A DNA stretch of 64,000 nt from an uncultured Gemmatimonadales bacterium (GTDB lineage Bacteria > Gemmatimonadota > Gemmatimonadetes > Longimicrobiales > Gaopeijiaceae): contig CAWELD010000003.1 of NCBI GenBank assembly GCA_963809895.1, forward strand, positions 2,144,001 through 2,208,000, in the 5' to 3' direction. The first letter of the stretch is position 1. Each line of letters opens with the position of its first letter. The position numbers and the translations under genes are program-made. Below the pieces are notes generated by a model. The model did not search any database. It was not told the DNA's origin and saw only the letters and a program-made list of their open reading frames with translations. Shown piece after piece: positions 52,160 to 61,339 of the stretch.

Positions 52160-53778
52160 GATGCAGCCGAGATCATGGAGAGAGCGGGAACGGGCAACAG
52201 CACGGTGAACTCCGCACCGGACCTCCCGTCGCTGGAGGCGAGAATGGCCCCGCGGTAACGCCGGACCAGCCCCATGGACACCGACAGCCCCAGTCCCGAC
52301 CCCTGGCCCACGGGCTTGGTGGTGAAGAAGGGATCGAAGATACGGCCCAGGTCTTCGGGAGCGATGCCCGTCCCGGTGTCCCGGACGCGGATCCGCACCA
52401 GCGAGGTTCCGTGGTGCGGGGGAAGCTTGACGTTGGCGTAGTCCCCCCGGCTGGCAATATCGGCCTTCACCGTGAGCCTTCCGCCGTCGGGCATGGCGTG
52501 GATGGCGTTCATCATGAGGTTCACGAACACCTGTTGGAGTTGGACCTCGTTGGCTTCCACCATGGGCAGGTCGTCGGGGATCGACGTTCTCAGCTCCACA
52601 CCGGCGTTCTGCAGCTCGATCTTGAGGAGCTCCACCGCCTTCTGCAATGCCCGCTGTACACTGGAGGGCTCCGGCTCCGGCAGCTCGTCCTGCTTGCGGG
52701 AGAAGTCCAGGAGCTGGCGGATGATGGCGGCGCAGCGGTTCGCCTCACGCACGATCATCTGCACGTCGTCCCGGGCCTGGGACTCCGAGGGGAGCGTGTC
52801 GTGGACCAGGTGCGCGTAGGTGATGATGGCCATGAGGGGGCTGTTGAGCTCGTGGGCGATGCCCGCCGCCACCAATCCCACGGACGACAGCTTCTCCGCC
52901 TGCACCACCTGGTACTGGGCGGCCCGGAGCTGCGACGCCTTCTCCGCAACGTTCTGTTCCAGCGTCTCCACCCAGTCCTCGATGTGCTGGCTGGAGCTGC
53001 TCAGGCTCGCCACCATGTCGTTGAAGGAGCTCACCAGGAACCCGATCTCGCCGGTGGCTCCACCCGAGACCGGATGTCGAAAGTCGCCGCTGGCGACCCG
53101 GCGGGTGGCGGCGATCATGCGGTTGATGGGCCGTCGCACCCGGTGTGAGATGAGGAAGAAGAGCCCGGCGGAGATCATCAGAACCGCCAGCAGCGAGGTC
53201 AGGAACGCGCTGCGGGTGGCGTCCAGCAGGCGGGCCTCGGCCGGTTCCAGCGACATGGTCACGTCCAGTACCCCGAGCACGCTCTGTTGCGCGGGCGAGG
53301 CGTGGCAGCGGGCGCCGGAGCACCCGGCTTCGTTGCGGATGACCTGAATGGTGCTCAGCACCCGGCTCCCGTCGGGATTGGTGAAGACGCGGGAGCGGTC
53401 CTCGGGATTCAGGTGCGCGTTGGGCGACGGACCGTAGTGGCAGGTCACGCACGCCTCCGCCCGCTTGTCCACCACGGTCCCCACCTCGGTGGAGTCCGAG
53501 GAGTGCGTGATCTCGCCTTCCTTGTTGTAGATGCGCACGCGCTCGATCCCGGCGTGCTGGCCCACGGACTCCAGCATCTCGCGCACACCCTCCTGCCGGT
53601 TGGCGCGCATGTCCTGCTTGATGCTGAGCCCGATGGTCTCGGCCAGGCTCTCGGAGCCCACGATCACCTCGTCCTGCAGGTGGCGGCGCTCCGAGCGGAT
53701 CTGGATCGTGGAGAGCGCCGCCACCCCGACGAGGGCCAGGACACCGGCCGAGAGGGCGATTCGCGTGCTGAGGAGCAT
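52156..53778 (-). CDS. Sensor histidine kinase with heme-c motifs in the periplasmic domain, plus HAMP
   Basis: CVTCH and CSGARCH between two TMs; AHELNSPL, NLMMNA, DTGTG, PFFTTK, GSGLGL. Confidence 0.92.
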   Translation of the reverse strand: MLLSTRIALSAGVLALVGVAALSTIQIRSERRHLQDEVIVGSESLAETIGLSIKQDMRANRQEGVREMLESVGQHAGIERVRIYNKEGEITHSSDSTEVGTVVDKRAEACVTCHYGPSPNAHLNPEDRSRVFTNPDGSRVLSTIQVIRNEAGCSGARCHASPAQQSVLGVLDVTMSLEPAEARLLDATRSAFLTSLLAVLMISAGLFFLISHRVRRPINRMIAATRRVASGDFRHPVSGGATGEIGFLVSSFNDMVASLSSSSQHIEDWVETLEQNVAEKASQLRAAQYQVVQAEKLSSVGLVAAGIAHELNSPLMAIITYAHLVHDTLPSESQARDDVQMIVREANRCAAIIRQLLDFSRKQDELPEPEPSSVQRALQKAVELLKIELQNAGVELRTSIPDDLPMVEANEVQLQQVFVNLMMNAIHAMPDGGRLTVKADIASRGDYANVKLPPHHGTSLVRIRVRDTGTGIAPEDLGRIFDPFFTTKPVGQGSGLGLSVSMGLVRRYRGAILASSDGRSGAEFTVLLPVPALSMISAAS

Positions 53779-54050
53779 CGGCGGATCCGGGCGGACAGGG
53801 ACCGTCGCGACAGGGGAGGGTCGGGGATGCTTCTATCCACCTTCAAGTCTGTGCCCAACCGCCACTTCCGACCTATCGGGGTTCTGCGGACGTTCCGTGT
53901 AGGGGGAATCCCCACCCGCATCCGGGCTCCCGAGCCTAACACATCCGGAGGCAAAGGTGTCCCCGTAAACAAATCGCCCCTGAAGCATACGACGCCCGTA
54001 AGACGCGACGGCGCGTCCGAGCACCCACACTCCCGCCACCCCGCCCTCGC

Positions 54051-54278
54051 ATGGCTCTACTCTATTTCGGACCCGAGGTCATGATGCCGCTGGCATCGGC
54101 CGCCGCCGCTTTGCTGGGCGGTCTGCTGATGTTCTGGCGGCGAGTCGTCGGCTGGGTCAAGGCCGTCGCTCACCGTGTCGCCGGCCTCTTCGGGCGCGAC
54201 CCTGGCAGCCTCGACATGCCTCCGACCGCGGCCGGACCGCAGCGGCGGAAGCGCCCGGCCAAGAGGCGGGTGGGGTGA
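54051..54278 (+). CDS. Small single-TM protein leading the phosphodiesterase operon
   Basis: LYFGP then a hydrophobic helix and basic tail; stop overlaps the next GTG. Confidence 0.6.
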   Translation: MALLYFGPEVMMPLASAAAALLGGLLMFWRRVVGWVKAVAHRVAGLFGRDPGSLDMPPTAAGPQRRKRPAKRRVG

Positions 54279-56116
54279 ATCGGGTCCTGGCCGTCGGCCT
54301 CGACGGCTTCGCCCCCCCCATCGCCGAACCCCTGCTCGCGGCCGGCGAGCTGCCGAATCTCGCCCGCCTGCGCGAGACCGGTGGGTACGCACGCATCCGG
54401 ACCACGGCCCCCGCGCAGACCCCTGTAGCCTGGTCGTCGGTGGCGGTGGGCACCAATCCCGGCGGTCACGGAATCTACGACTTCCTGACCCGGGATCCCC
54501 GCACCTACCGCCCCGAGATCGCCCTCCACGGCTACGAGCGGAAGAACGCCTTCCTCCCTCCGAAGGCGGTGAATCGGCGGGGGGGCGACGCGCTGTGGGC
54601 GGTAGCCAGCGAGGCCGGGGTGCCGGCGACGGTGATCCGCCACCCGTGCACGTACCCCCCGGAGCGGGTCTACGGGCGCATGCTCGCCGGAGTGGGCGTC
54701 ACGGACCTGCGCGGCGGCTTCGGCACGTCGACCGTGTACACCACCGAACCGGATCTGCGACCCGGCGAAGGCGAGCGGATCCTGCCGCTGCAGGAGGGTC
54801 GTGACGGCATGCTGCGTGCGCACCTCGTAGGCCCCCTGCGGCCCGATGGAGAGGACGCGCGCCTGGAGCTGGGGGTCCAACGCGGCGACGACGGTGGCGT
54901 CAGGATCCTCCTGGCGGGACAGGAGGCGGTGCCGGCGCTCGCGCCGGGACAGTGGAGCCCCTGGGTGGGCCTGCGCTTCCGGATGGGCGCGCTCCAGTCG
55001 GTGCGGGGGCAGGTCCGATTTCTCCTCGTCCGGACCCGGCCGCACGTCCTCCTCTACGCCAGCCCCGTGAACTTCGACCCGGCCGCGCCCCCCTTCCCCA
55101 TCAGCCATCCCTGGGACTACGCCAAGGAGTTGGAGGACGCCCTGGGCCCGTTTCACACGCTGGGCATGGCGGAGGATCACGGCGGCCTCAACAACGGACG
55201 CTTCACCGAGGAAGAGTTCCTGGCGCAGTGCGGCGACGTCCTGGACGAGCGACGGGCCATGCTCCGCTACGAGCTGGAGCGATTCCAGGAGGGACTCCTC
55301 TTCTGCGTCTTCGACACGCCGGACCGTCTTCAGCACATGTTCTGGCGATTTCTGGAGCCGGATCATCCGGCCAACGGGGCCCATGGCTTCGACGCGGGCC
55401 TCGCCGACGTCATCCGGGAGCACTACCACGCCTGCGACCGTATCGTCGGCGAGGTGATGGACGCCGTCGACGACCACACGCTGCTGGTGGTGCTGAGCGA
55501 CCACGGCTTCGGGACCTTCCGGCGCGAAGTGCACCTGAACCGGTGGCTCCATGAACAGGGTCTCCTGGTCCTGAAGACCGGGGTCGGGCCCGGGGCGGAC
55601 GCCGGCGAAATGCTGAGGGCGGTAGACTGGGACCGTACCCGCGCCTACGCCGTGGGACTGGCGGGCATCTACCTGAACCTCCGCGGCCGGGAGTCCCGGG
55701 GCATCGTGGATCCCGACGAAGCCCCCGCGCTTCGCCGGGCGTTGGCGGAGCAGCTGACGGGCCTCCGGGACCAGGACACCGGTCGGGAAGCGATCCGGAG
55801 CGCCGCCTCGCGGGACGACCTCTACCGTGGACCCCACCTGGACACGGCGCCCGACGTGGTCGTGGGGTGCGCCACCGGCTACCGCGTGTCCGCTGCGACG
55901 GCGCTGGGCGCAGTGCCGACGGCATCCTTCGAGGACAATGTGCGCCGCTGGTCCGGGGACCACGTGATGGACCCCGCGCTCGTGCCCGGTGTCCTGTTCA
56001 TGAACCGACCGTTCGACGAGAACAGCCCCCACCTGACCGACGTGGCGCCCACGCTTCTGGATGCCCTGGGCGTTCCCGCCGCGCCGGCCATGGAAGGACG
56101 ATCGTTGTTGCCGTGA
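54275..56116 (+). CDS. Alkaline phosphatase superfamily, type I phosphodiesterase/NPP-like
   Basis: GLDG, QTPVAWS, GTNPG.HGIYDF, DRLQH, SDHGF, WSGDH, DVAPT. Confidence 0.88.
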   Translation: MNRVLAVGLDGFAPPIAEPLLAAGELPNLARLRETGGYARIRTTAPAQTPVAWSSVAVGTNPGGHGIYDFLTRDPRTYRPEIALHGYERKNAFLPPKAVNRRGGDALWAVASEAGVPATVIRHPCTYPPERVYGRMLAGVGVTDLRGGFGTSTVYTTEPDLRPGEGERILPLQEGRDGMLRAHLVGPLRPDGEDARLELGVQRGDDGGVRILLAGQEAVPALAPGQWSPWVGLRFRMGALQSVRGQVRFLLVRTRPHVLLYASPVNFDPAAPPFPISHPWDYAKELEDALGPFHTLGMAEDHGGLNNGRFTEEEFLAQCGDVLDERRAMLRYELERFQEGLLFCVFDTPDRLQHMFWRFLEPDHPANGAHGFDAGLADVIREHYHACDRIVGEVMDAVDDHTLLVVLSDHGFGTFRREVHLNRWLHEQGLLVLKTGVGPGADAGEMLRAVDWDRTRAYAVGLAGIYLNLRGRESRGIVDPDEAPALRRALAEQLTGLRDQDTGREAIRSAASRDDLYRGPHLDTAPDVVVGCATGYRVSAATALGAVPTASFEDNVRRWSGDHVMDPALVPGVLFMNRPFDENSPHLTDVAPTLLDALGVPAAPAMEGRSLLP

Positions 56117-57582
56117 AGATCCTGGTGATGGGCCTCGACTGCGCCGCGCCGGAGATCCTGCTCGATGACCGGGCCCTGGACCTCCCCAACCTGCGCCGTC
56201 TCATGGAGGCGGGCACGTACGGCCGCCTCGAGAGCGTGGTTCCGCCGATCACGGTGCCGGCCTGGATGTGCATGGCCACCAGCCAGGATCCCGGGTCGCT
56301 GGGCGTGTACGGCTTCCGCAACCGCGCCGACCACTCCTACGAGGGTATGGGCACGGTCAACAGCCGCTCCTTCGACGCGCTCACCGTCTGGGACCAGGTG
56401 GCCCGCCAGGGTGGCCGTTCGATCCTGATCGGGGTGCCGCCGTCCTATCCCCCTCGACGGGTGAACGGCCTCAGCGTCGGTTGTTTCCTGACGCCGGACT
56501 CCAGCCGGGACGTCTTCACGCACCCGCCCGAGCTCTCGGACCGCATCCGCGAACTGGTGGGCGACTACCCGGTGGACGTGAAGGACTTCCGCACGGACGA
56601 CAAGGACCGCCTCCGTGCGGACATCTTCGAGATGACGGAACGGCACTTCGAGGTGATCCGTGATCTCATGGTCACCGAACCCTGGGACTACTTCCAGTTC
56701 GTGGAGATCGGCCTGGACCGTGTACACCACGGCTTCTGGAAGCACCACGATCCCGCGCACCGCAAGCACGACCCGGACAGCCCGTACCGGAACGTCATCC
56801 GGGACTACTACCGCATGCTCGACCGGGAGCTGGGCTCGGTGCTGGAGCTCCTGGACGACGACACCGCCGTGCTGGTGGTCTCGGACCACGGCGCCCGCGC
56901 GCTGGACGGGGGATTCTGCGTCAACGAGTGGCTGGTGCGAGAGGGTGATCTGGCGCTGGCGGCGTACCCCGAGCGTGTCACACCGCTGGATCAGCTCGAG
57001 GTGGACTGGTCACGCACCCGTGCCTGGAGCAGCGGGGGGTACTACGCCCGCGTCTTCATGAACGTGCGGGGGCGCGAGCCCGAGGGCGTCATCGAGCCCG
57101 AGGACTACGAAGCGGCGCGGGACGATCTGGCGGCGCGACTGGAGGCCACAACCGATCCGGAAGGCCGGCCCCTGGGCACCCGGGTCTTTCGCCCGCAGGA
57201 GATCTACCGCGACGTGCGGGGCGTGGCGCCGGACCTCATCGTCCACTTCGGCGATCTGGCCTGGCGGGCCGTGGGCGGGGTCGGGTATCCCGGCGTCCAC
57301 GTGGAGGAGAACGACACGGGGCCCGACGACTGCAACCACGCCCAGTACGGGGCGTTCATCCTGGCCGCCCCGGGCCTGGCGCCCGCCGGCGAGATGGAGG
57401 GCGCCCGCCTCCTGGACGTCGCCCCCACGCTGCTCGAGCTCGCGGGCTACGACGTGCCGGGCTCCATGCAGGGTCGGTCGCTGGTGGGCTCACTTCCCCG
57501 GGCGCAGAGCCCGGAGGGCCCGTCCGACGAAGACGAGGCCGTGATCCGGGAACGGCTCACGGGCCTGGGCTACATCGCCTGA
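56113..57582 (+). CDS. Alkaline phosphatase superfamily, type I phosphodiesterase/NPP-like
   Basis: GLDC, PPITVPAW, DRVHH, SDHG, DDCNH, DVAPT, C-terminal RLTGLGY; GTGA overlap. Confidence 0.88.
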   Translation: MKILVMGLDCAAPEILLDDRALDLPNLRRLMEAGTYGRLESVVPPITVPAWMCMATSQDPGSLGVYGFRNRADHSYEGMGTVNSRSFDALTVWDQVARQGGRSILIGVPPSYPPRRVNGLSVGCFLTPDSSRDVFTHPPELSDRIRELVGDYPVDVKDFRTDDKDRLRADIFEMTERHFEVIRDLMVTEPWDYFQFVEIGLDRVHHGFWKHHDPAHRKHDPDSPYRNVIRDYYRMLDRELGSVLELLDDDTAVLVVSDHGARALDGGFCVNEWLVREGDLALAAYPERVTPLDQLEVDWSRTRAWSSGGYYARVFMNVRGREPEGVIEPEDYEAARDDLAARLEATTDPEGRPLGTRVFRPQEIYRDVRGVAPDLIVHFGDLAWRAVGGVGYPGVHVEENDTGPDDCNHAQYGAFILAAPGLAPAGEMEGARLLDVAPTLLELAGYDVPGSMQGRSLVGSLPRAQSPEGPSDEDEAVIRERLTGLGYIA

Positions 57583-57593
57583 GGGCTCCGGCG

Positions 57594-59507
57594 ATGCCGT
57601 CGTCCTCCCCTCCCCCGCCGGAGCGGCTGTCGCCGCTGGCGCTGCTCAGAATGGCCCTGGGATTCGGCCTGGCCGTGGGCCTTCTGGAGACGGCTCCATT
57701 GGCGCTGGCCGTGGAGTTGGGGATCCGTATTCGCATGAGCCCTCAGTTCGTGTGGATGACCCCGGTGGGCGACACCCTCCTCTTCCTTCTGGTGGGATTG
57801 CTGCTCGTGCTGGCCGGCCGCCGCCGCCCCACCCTCACCGGCCGCAGGGTGGCACTGGGCGTCTTCGTGGGGCTGGGCGTACTGTGCCTGGGCCTCATCA
57901 TCGAGTCCCTCTACGACCTGGCGGTCCTGGTGCTCGCCACCGGGGTGGGCGTCCAGGTGGCCCGCACGGCCGACGGGCGCGTGGGTCGCTGGCTCACCCG
58001 CGTGGTGCCCCGCGCCGCGCCGGCGCTGGCGCTGGTGGTGCTCCTGCTGGGGCTCGGGGTACGCTGGCGCACGGCGGCCGGAGAGGAGGCCCGCATGGCG
58101 GCGCTGCCCGAGCCCGAGGCCGGCGCCCCCAACATCCTCCTGCTCATCCTGGACACGGTGCGGGCGTCGAGCCTCGAGCTGTACGGCGGACGGCGAACGA
58201 CGGCGCCACACCTGGACAGCCTGGCCCAGCGCGGTGTGGTGTTCGACGAAGCCATGAGTGCCTCACCGTGGACCTTCCCCTCTCACGCGACGCTCTTCAC
58301 CGGGATGTGGCCCTTCCAGGTGCACGCCGGTTGGGAGGCTCCCCTGGGCGACGAGTTCCCCACGCTGGCCGAGGCGCTGGCGTCGGACGGCTACGCCACC
58401 GGCGGGTTCGTGGGCAACATGCTGAACGCCTCCAGCATGCGTGGGCTGAGCCGGGGCTTCGCCCACTACGAGGACTACGTGCCGGGATGGGGCGAGCTGA
58501 TCCTGAGCACCTCGGTGGGCCGGGCGCTGGCCTACAGCACTCGCTTGCGCTGGCTGGTGGGCGTTCACGAATTGCTGAACCGGAAGCACGGGGGCGACGT
58601 CAATCGGGCGTTCCTGTCCTGGCTCGCCGACGAGAAGGAAGACCACCCCGGCCGTCCCTGGTTCGCCTTCCTGAACTACTACGACGCCCACGAACCCCAT
58701 TCCCCTCCCGACACCCTGCTGTCGTGGCGCGAATGGAACGACTTCAAGCACCTGGGCGGCATCGCCGTGGGCAACGACGCCTGGGTCGCCGACAAGTGGA
58801 CCATGCCCGGCCGGCGTGTAGCGCTGCACACCCTGTCCTACGAGGCGGCCATCCGACGTGCCGACGCCGCCATGGGACGCCTCTTCCGGGAACTGGACGC
58901 ACGGGGCGAGCTGCAGAACACGGTCGTCGTGGTCCTCTCGGATCACGGTGAGCAGCTCGGCGAGCGCGGACTCTTCGAGCACAACAACAGCCTGTACCTG
59001 CCCACTTTACACGTGCCCCTGGTCATCGCCTGGCCGGGACGCGTGCCCGCCGGAGTGCGTATCGACGAGACGGTGAGCCTGCGCGACGTTCCCGCCACGA
59101 TCCTCGATCTGTCCGGTTCGGTGGCGGCGCTGCCCGGCACGTCGCTGGCACCGCTGTGGCGCGCGACCGACGAGGACGCGCCGCCGGTGCCCCGCTCTCC
59201 GGCCATCGCCCATCTGACCCGGGGCTACGTCGAGCAGCCGGGGACTCCGATTTCGCTGGGGCAGACGCCGGAGATGCACTCCATCGTCGACATGCCCTAC
59301 CAGTACATCCACAACGGCGACGGCACCGACGAGCTCTACGACGTGGGCCAGGACCCCGCCCAGGGGCCCAACCTCGCCGGCACGCCGGCCGGCGATTCGA
59401 TCCTCGTGCGCCTGCGGGCGGTGCTCTACCGCGAGGTCACCGGCGAGCTGGTGCCCGAGGGGCTCCCCGTGTATCCCGCCAGCCCGCGCCTGCCCGGCCG
59501 GCGCTGA
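57594..59507 (+). CDS. Membrane-anchored sulfatase-like protein
   Basis: N-terminal TMs; PNILLLILDTVRA, SPWTFPSHATLFTG, DAHEP, SDHGE, HVPL, ELYD. Confidence 0.85.
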   Translation: MPSSSPPPPERLSPLALLRMALGFGLAVGLLETAPLALAVELGIRIRMSPQFVWMTPVGDTLLFLLVGLLLVLAGRRRPTLTGRRVALGVFVGLGVLCLGLIIESLYDLAVLVLATGVGVQVARTADGRVGRWLTRVVPRAAPALALVVLLLGLGVRWRTAAGEEARMAALPEPEAGAPNILLLILDTVRASSLELYGGRRTTAPHLDSLAQRGVVFDEAMSASPWTFPSHATLFTGMWPFQVHAGWEAPLGDEFPTLAEALASDGYATGGFVGNMLNASSMRGLSRGFAHYEDYVPGWGELILSTSVGRALAYSTRLRWLVGVHELLNRKHGGDVNRAFLSWLADEKEDHPGRPWFAFLNYYDAHEPHSPPDTLLSWREWNDFKHLGGIAVGNDAWVADKWTMPGRRVALHTLSYEAAIRRADAAMGRLFRELDARGELQNTVVVVLSDHGEQLGERGLFEHNNSLYLPTLHVPLVIAWPGRVPAGVRIDETVSLRDVPATILDLSGSVAALPGTSLAPLWRATDEDAPPVPRSPAIAHLTRGYVEQPGTPISLGQTPEMHSIVDMPYQYIHNGDGTDELYDVGQDPAQGPNLAGTPAGDSILVRLRAVLYREVTGELVPEGLPVYPASPRLPGRR

Positions 59508-59584
59508 GCTCCGACCGTCACGACGGCGGCCCCACGATCGTTCTCTCCATGGGTGATTGCTGACGATCGACGAGGGGAGGAGAG

Positions 59585-59977
59585 ATGAAGCGTTTGTTGT
59601 CCGTCGCAGCCGTGCTCCTGGCCATCGCGGGGTGCGCCGACGCCACGGGGGTGCCCGACGACCAGTTCGGCATCGTCTCCGTGGATCAGGGGCTGGAGAT
59701 CACGAATTCGTCCAGCGTGGATCTCTTCTACGAGGCCATCGACATCGAGGTACTGGCCCAGTGGGTCGGACCCACGGCCATCACCATGTGCAGCGACCCC
59801 GACTGCCCCCACGTGGCGCCCGGGCAGACCGTGATCGTGCCCTGGGACCAGGTCCTGGGATGGCGTGACGAAACGACCAGGATCGCCGTCTACTGGTGGC
59901 GTGTCGTCCCCGACGGCAAGGGCGGCTGGCGGGTGGCCAGCGACGACGTCCACTCGCGGGAGATCGACGTTTCCTAG
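59585..59977 (+). CDS. Hypothetical lipoprotein
   Basis: GGAGG RBS, lipobox IAGC. Confidence 0.7.
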   Translation: MKRLLSVAAVLLAIAGCADATGVPDDQFGIVSVDQGLEITNSSSVDLFYEAIDIEVLAQWVGPTAITMCSDPDCPHVAPGQTVIVPWDQVLGWRDETTRIAVYWWRVVPDGKGGWRVASDDVHSREIDVS

Positions 59978-59986
59978 CAGGACCGG

Positions 59987-60634
59987 CTAGTTCGACTGAC
60001 TGGCCGTGACCGGCGCGACGGCGGTCCGATCGCCGACGATCAGCGTCAGCTCGGTATCCCCCTGGAAGACGACCCCCAGGACCACTTCGGGCTCGGTGTT
60101 CGTGGCAGAGCGGATCGACGCCACACGTGCGTTGCCGATCTTCCAGGAGATCCTGAATCCCTCGGGAGAAAGCTCGTCGCCGACGTCGTCGCGCAGAACG
60201 GCCCTGGCCACCGCCGTCTGCGAGCCCACCAGATCGAAAGAAGGCGGGTCGATGGCGATGCTGGCGAGGCCCGCGGGGTGGACGTAGACCGGCACCGGTA
60301 CCGAGAGATCCGCGAGGTGGGCCCGCACCACCGCCGATCCGACCCCGGTGGCCGTGACCTCCGCACCGGTCGCGGTCCGCTCGACGGTGGTCACCTGCGT
60401 GTCGTCGCTTTCCCACTCCACCCGTGACAGGCGGTCGTCCAGCGACTCTCCACCGGGGCCCAGGATACGGAGTTCGAGAGGACCGCTGCTCCCCACGCCG
60501 AGGTGGAGTGAATCCTGGACGATGTCGAGGGCGGCCACCTTCTCGGGACCGGTCCCGCCCGAGCACGCCCCGAGAAGGGCGGCCCCCACCGCCACCAGTA
60601 GGCCGGCCATGCGCGCGCCGTATCGCTTCGCCAT
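59987..60634 (-). CDS. Lipoprotein with Ig-like (Big_2-type) domains
   Basis: Lipobox LGAC; VEWESDD..V, G.A.V.A beta-sandwich pattern. Confidence 0.7.
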   Translation of the reverse strand: MAKRYGARMAGLLVAVGAALLGACSGGTGPEKVAALDIVQDSLHLGVGSSGPLELRILGPGGESLDDRLSRVEWESDDTQVTTVERTATGAEVTATGVGSAVVRAHLADLSVPVPVYVHPAGLASIAIDPPSFDLVGSQTAVARAVLRDDVGDELSPEGFRISWKIGNARVASIRSATNTEPEVVLGVVFQGDTELTLIVGDRTAVAPVTASQSN

Positions 60635-60758
60635 CCATCCGTCCTGCGTCGGAGTCAGTACGCGCCCCGCGGTGGGGCGGCTCCGTCGAAGGGACGGTCC
60701 AGCAGCGCGCATTCTGCCGACAGCCGCATCCGAGGCGGCGGGGGCGGCTCCGGTAAGG

Positions 60759-61190
60759 CTAACTCACCCGACTCATCTGGATCGTCACCGGCGTGCTGTC
60801 GATGCTCCCGGTCCAGGTCATGTTGGAACCGCTGATGCTGTAGCTGAAGGTGGTGGAGTCGGCGGAACCCGCATCGATGGTCACCTGGCTCGACGTGTAC
60901 GTGAAGGCCCCGTTGTTCTCACAGTCGGTGGTGGTATCACCGCAGACGCCGACCTGATCGTCCGTGACGCTGATCGTGTACATGCCGGTGTCGGCCAGCG
61001 TAATGGTGAGATCCATGCCGAGGGCGACGAAGTCGACGCCGTTGGCGGTGAACCCCGTCGCATGCCAGGTGCCCAGGATCGCGTCCTGGTCGTCGTTCGG
61101 CCCACTGGAATCGTCGCTGGAGCACGAGGCCGATACCGCCAGGAGCACGAGCAGGAGGAGGGGGAACACACGGGTGCGCATGCGGGACAT
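60759..61190 (-). CDS. Lipocalin-like lipoprotein
   Basis: Lipobox SASC, ILGTW motif, beta-rich. Confidence 0.7.
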   Translation of the reverse strand: MSRMRTRVFPLLLLVLLAVSASCSSDDSSGPNDDQDAILGTWHATGFTANGVDFVALGMDLTITLADTGMYTISVTDDQVGVCGDTTTDCENNGAFTYTSSQVTIDAGSADSTTFSYSISGSNMTWTGSIDSTPVTIQMSRVS

Positions 61191-61339
61191 GAGAGGGTCT
61201 CCGTAGAGGGTGGGCTGTTTGGCCGCGCTTCTTCAGCCTAGTGCCGATGCACGGAGCGGGCCAGCCCCCCGTGACGGTTCGGGCCCCGGGTTCTGCGTTG
61301 GAGGGAGGTGGACCCGGCAGCAGAAGACCTCCTTGAAGC

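Noticed and set aside
53790..54050. Intergenic region as a riboswitch, or GTAGGGGGAATCCCCAC as an operator
   Set aside because: No recognisable aptamer consensus; the palindrome is short, imperfect and single-copy
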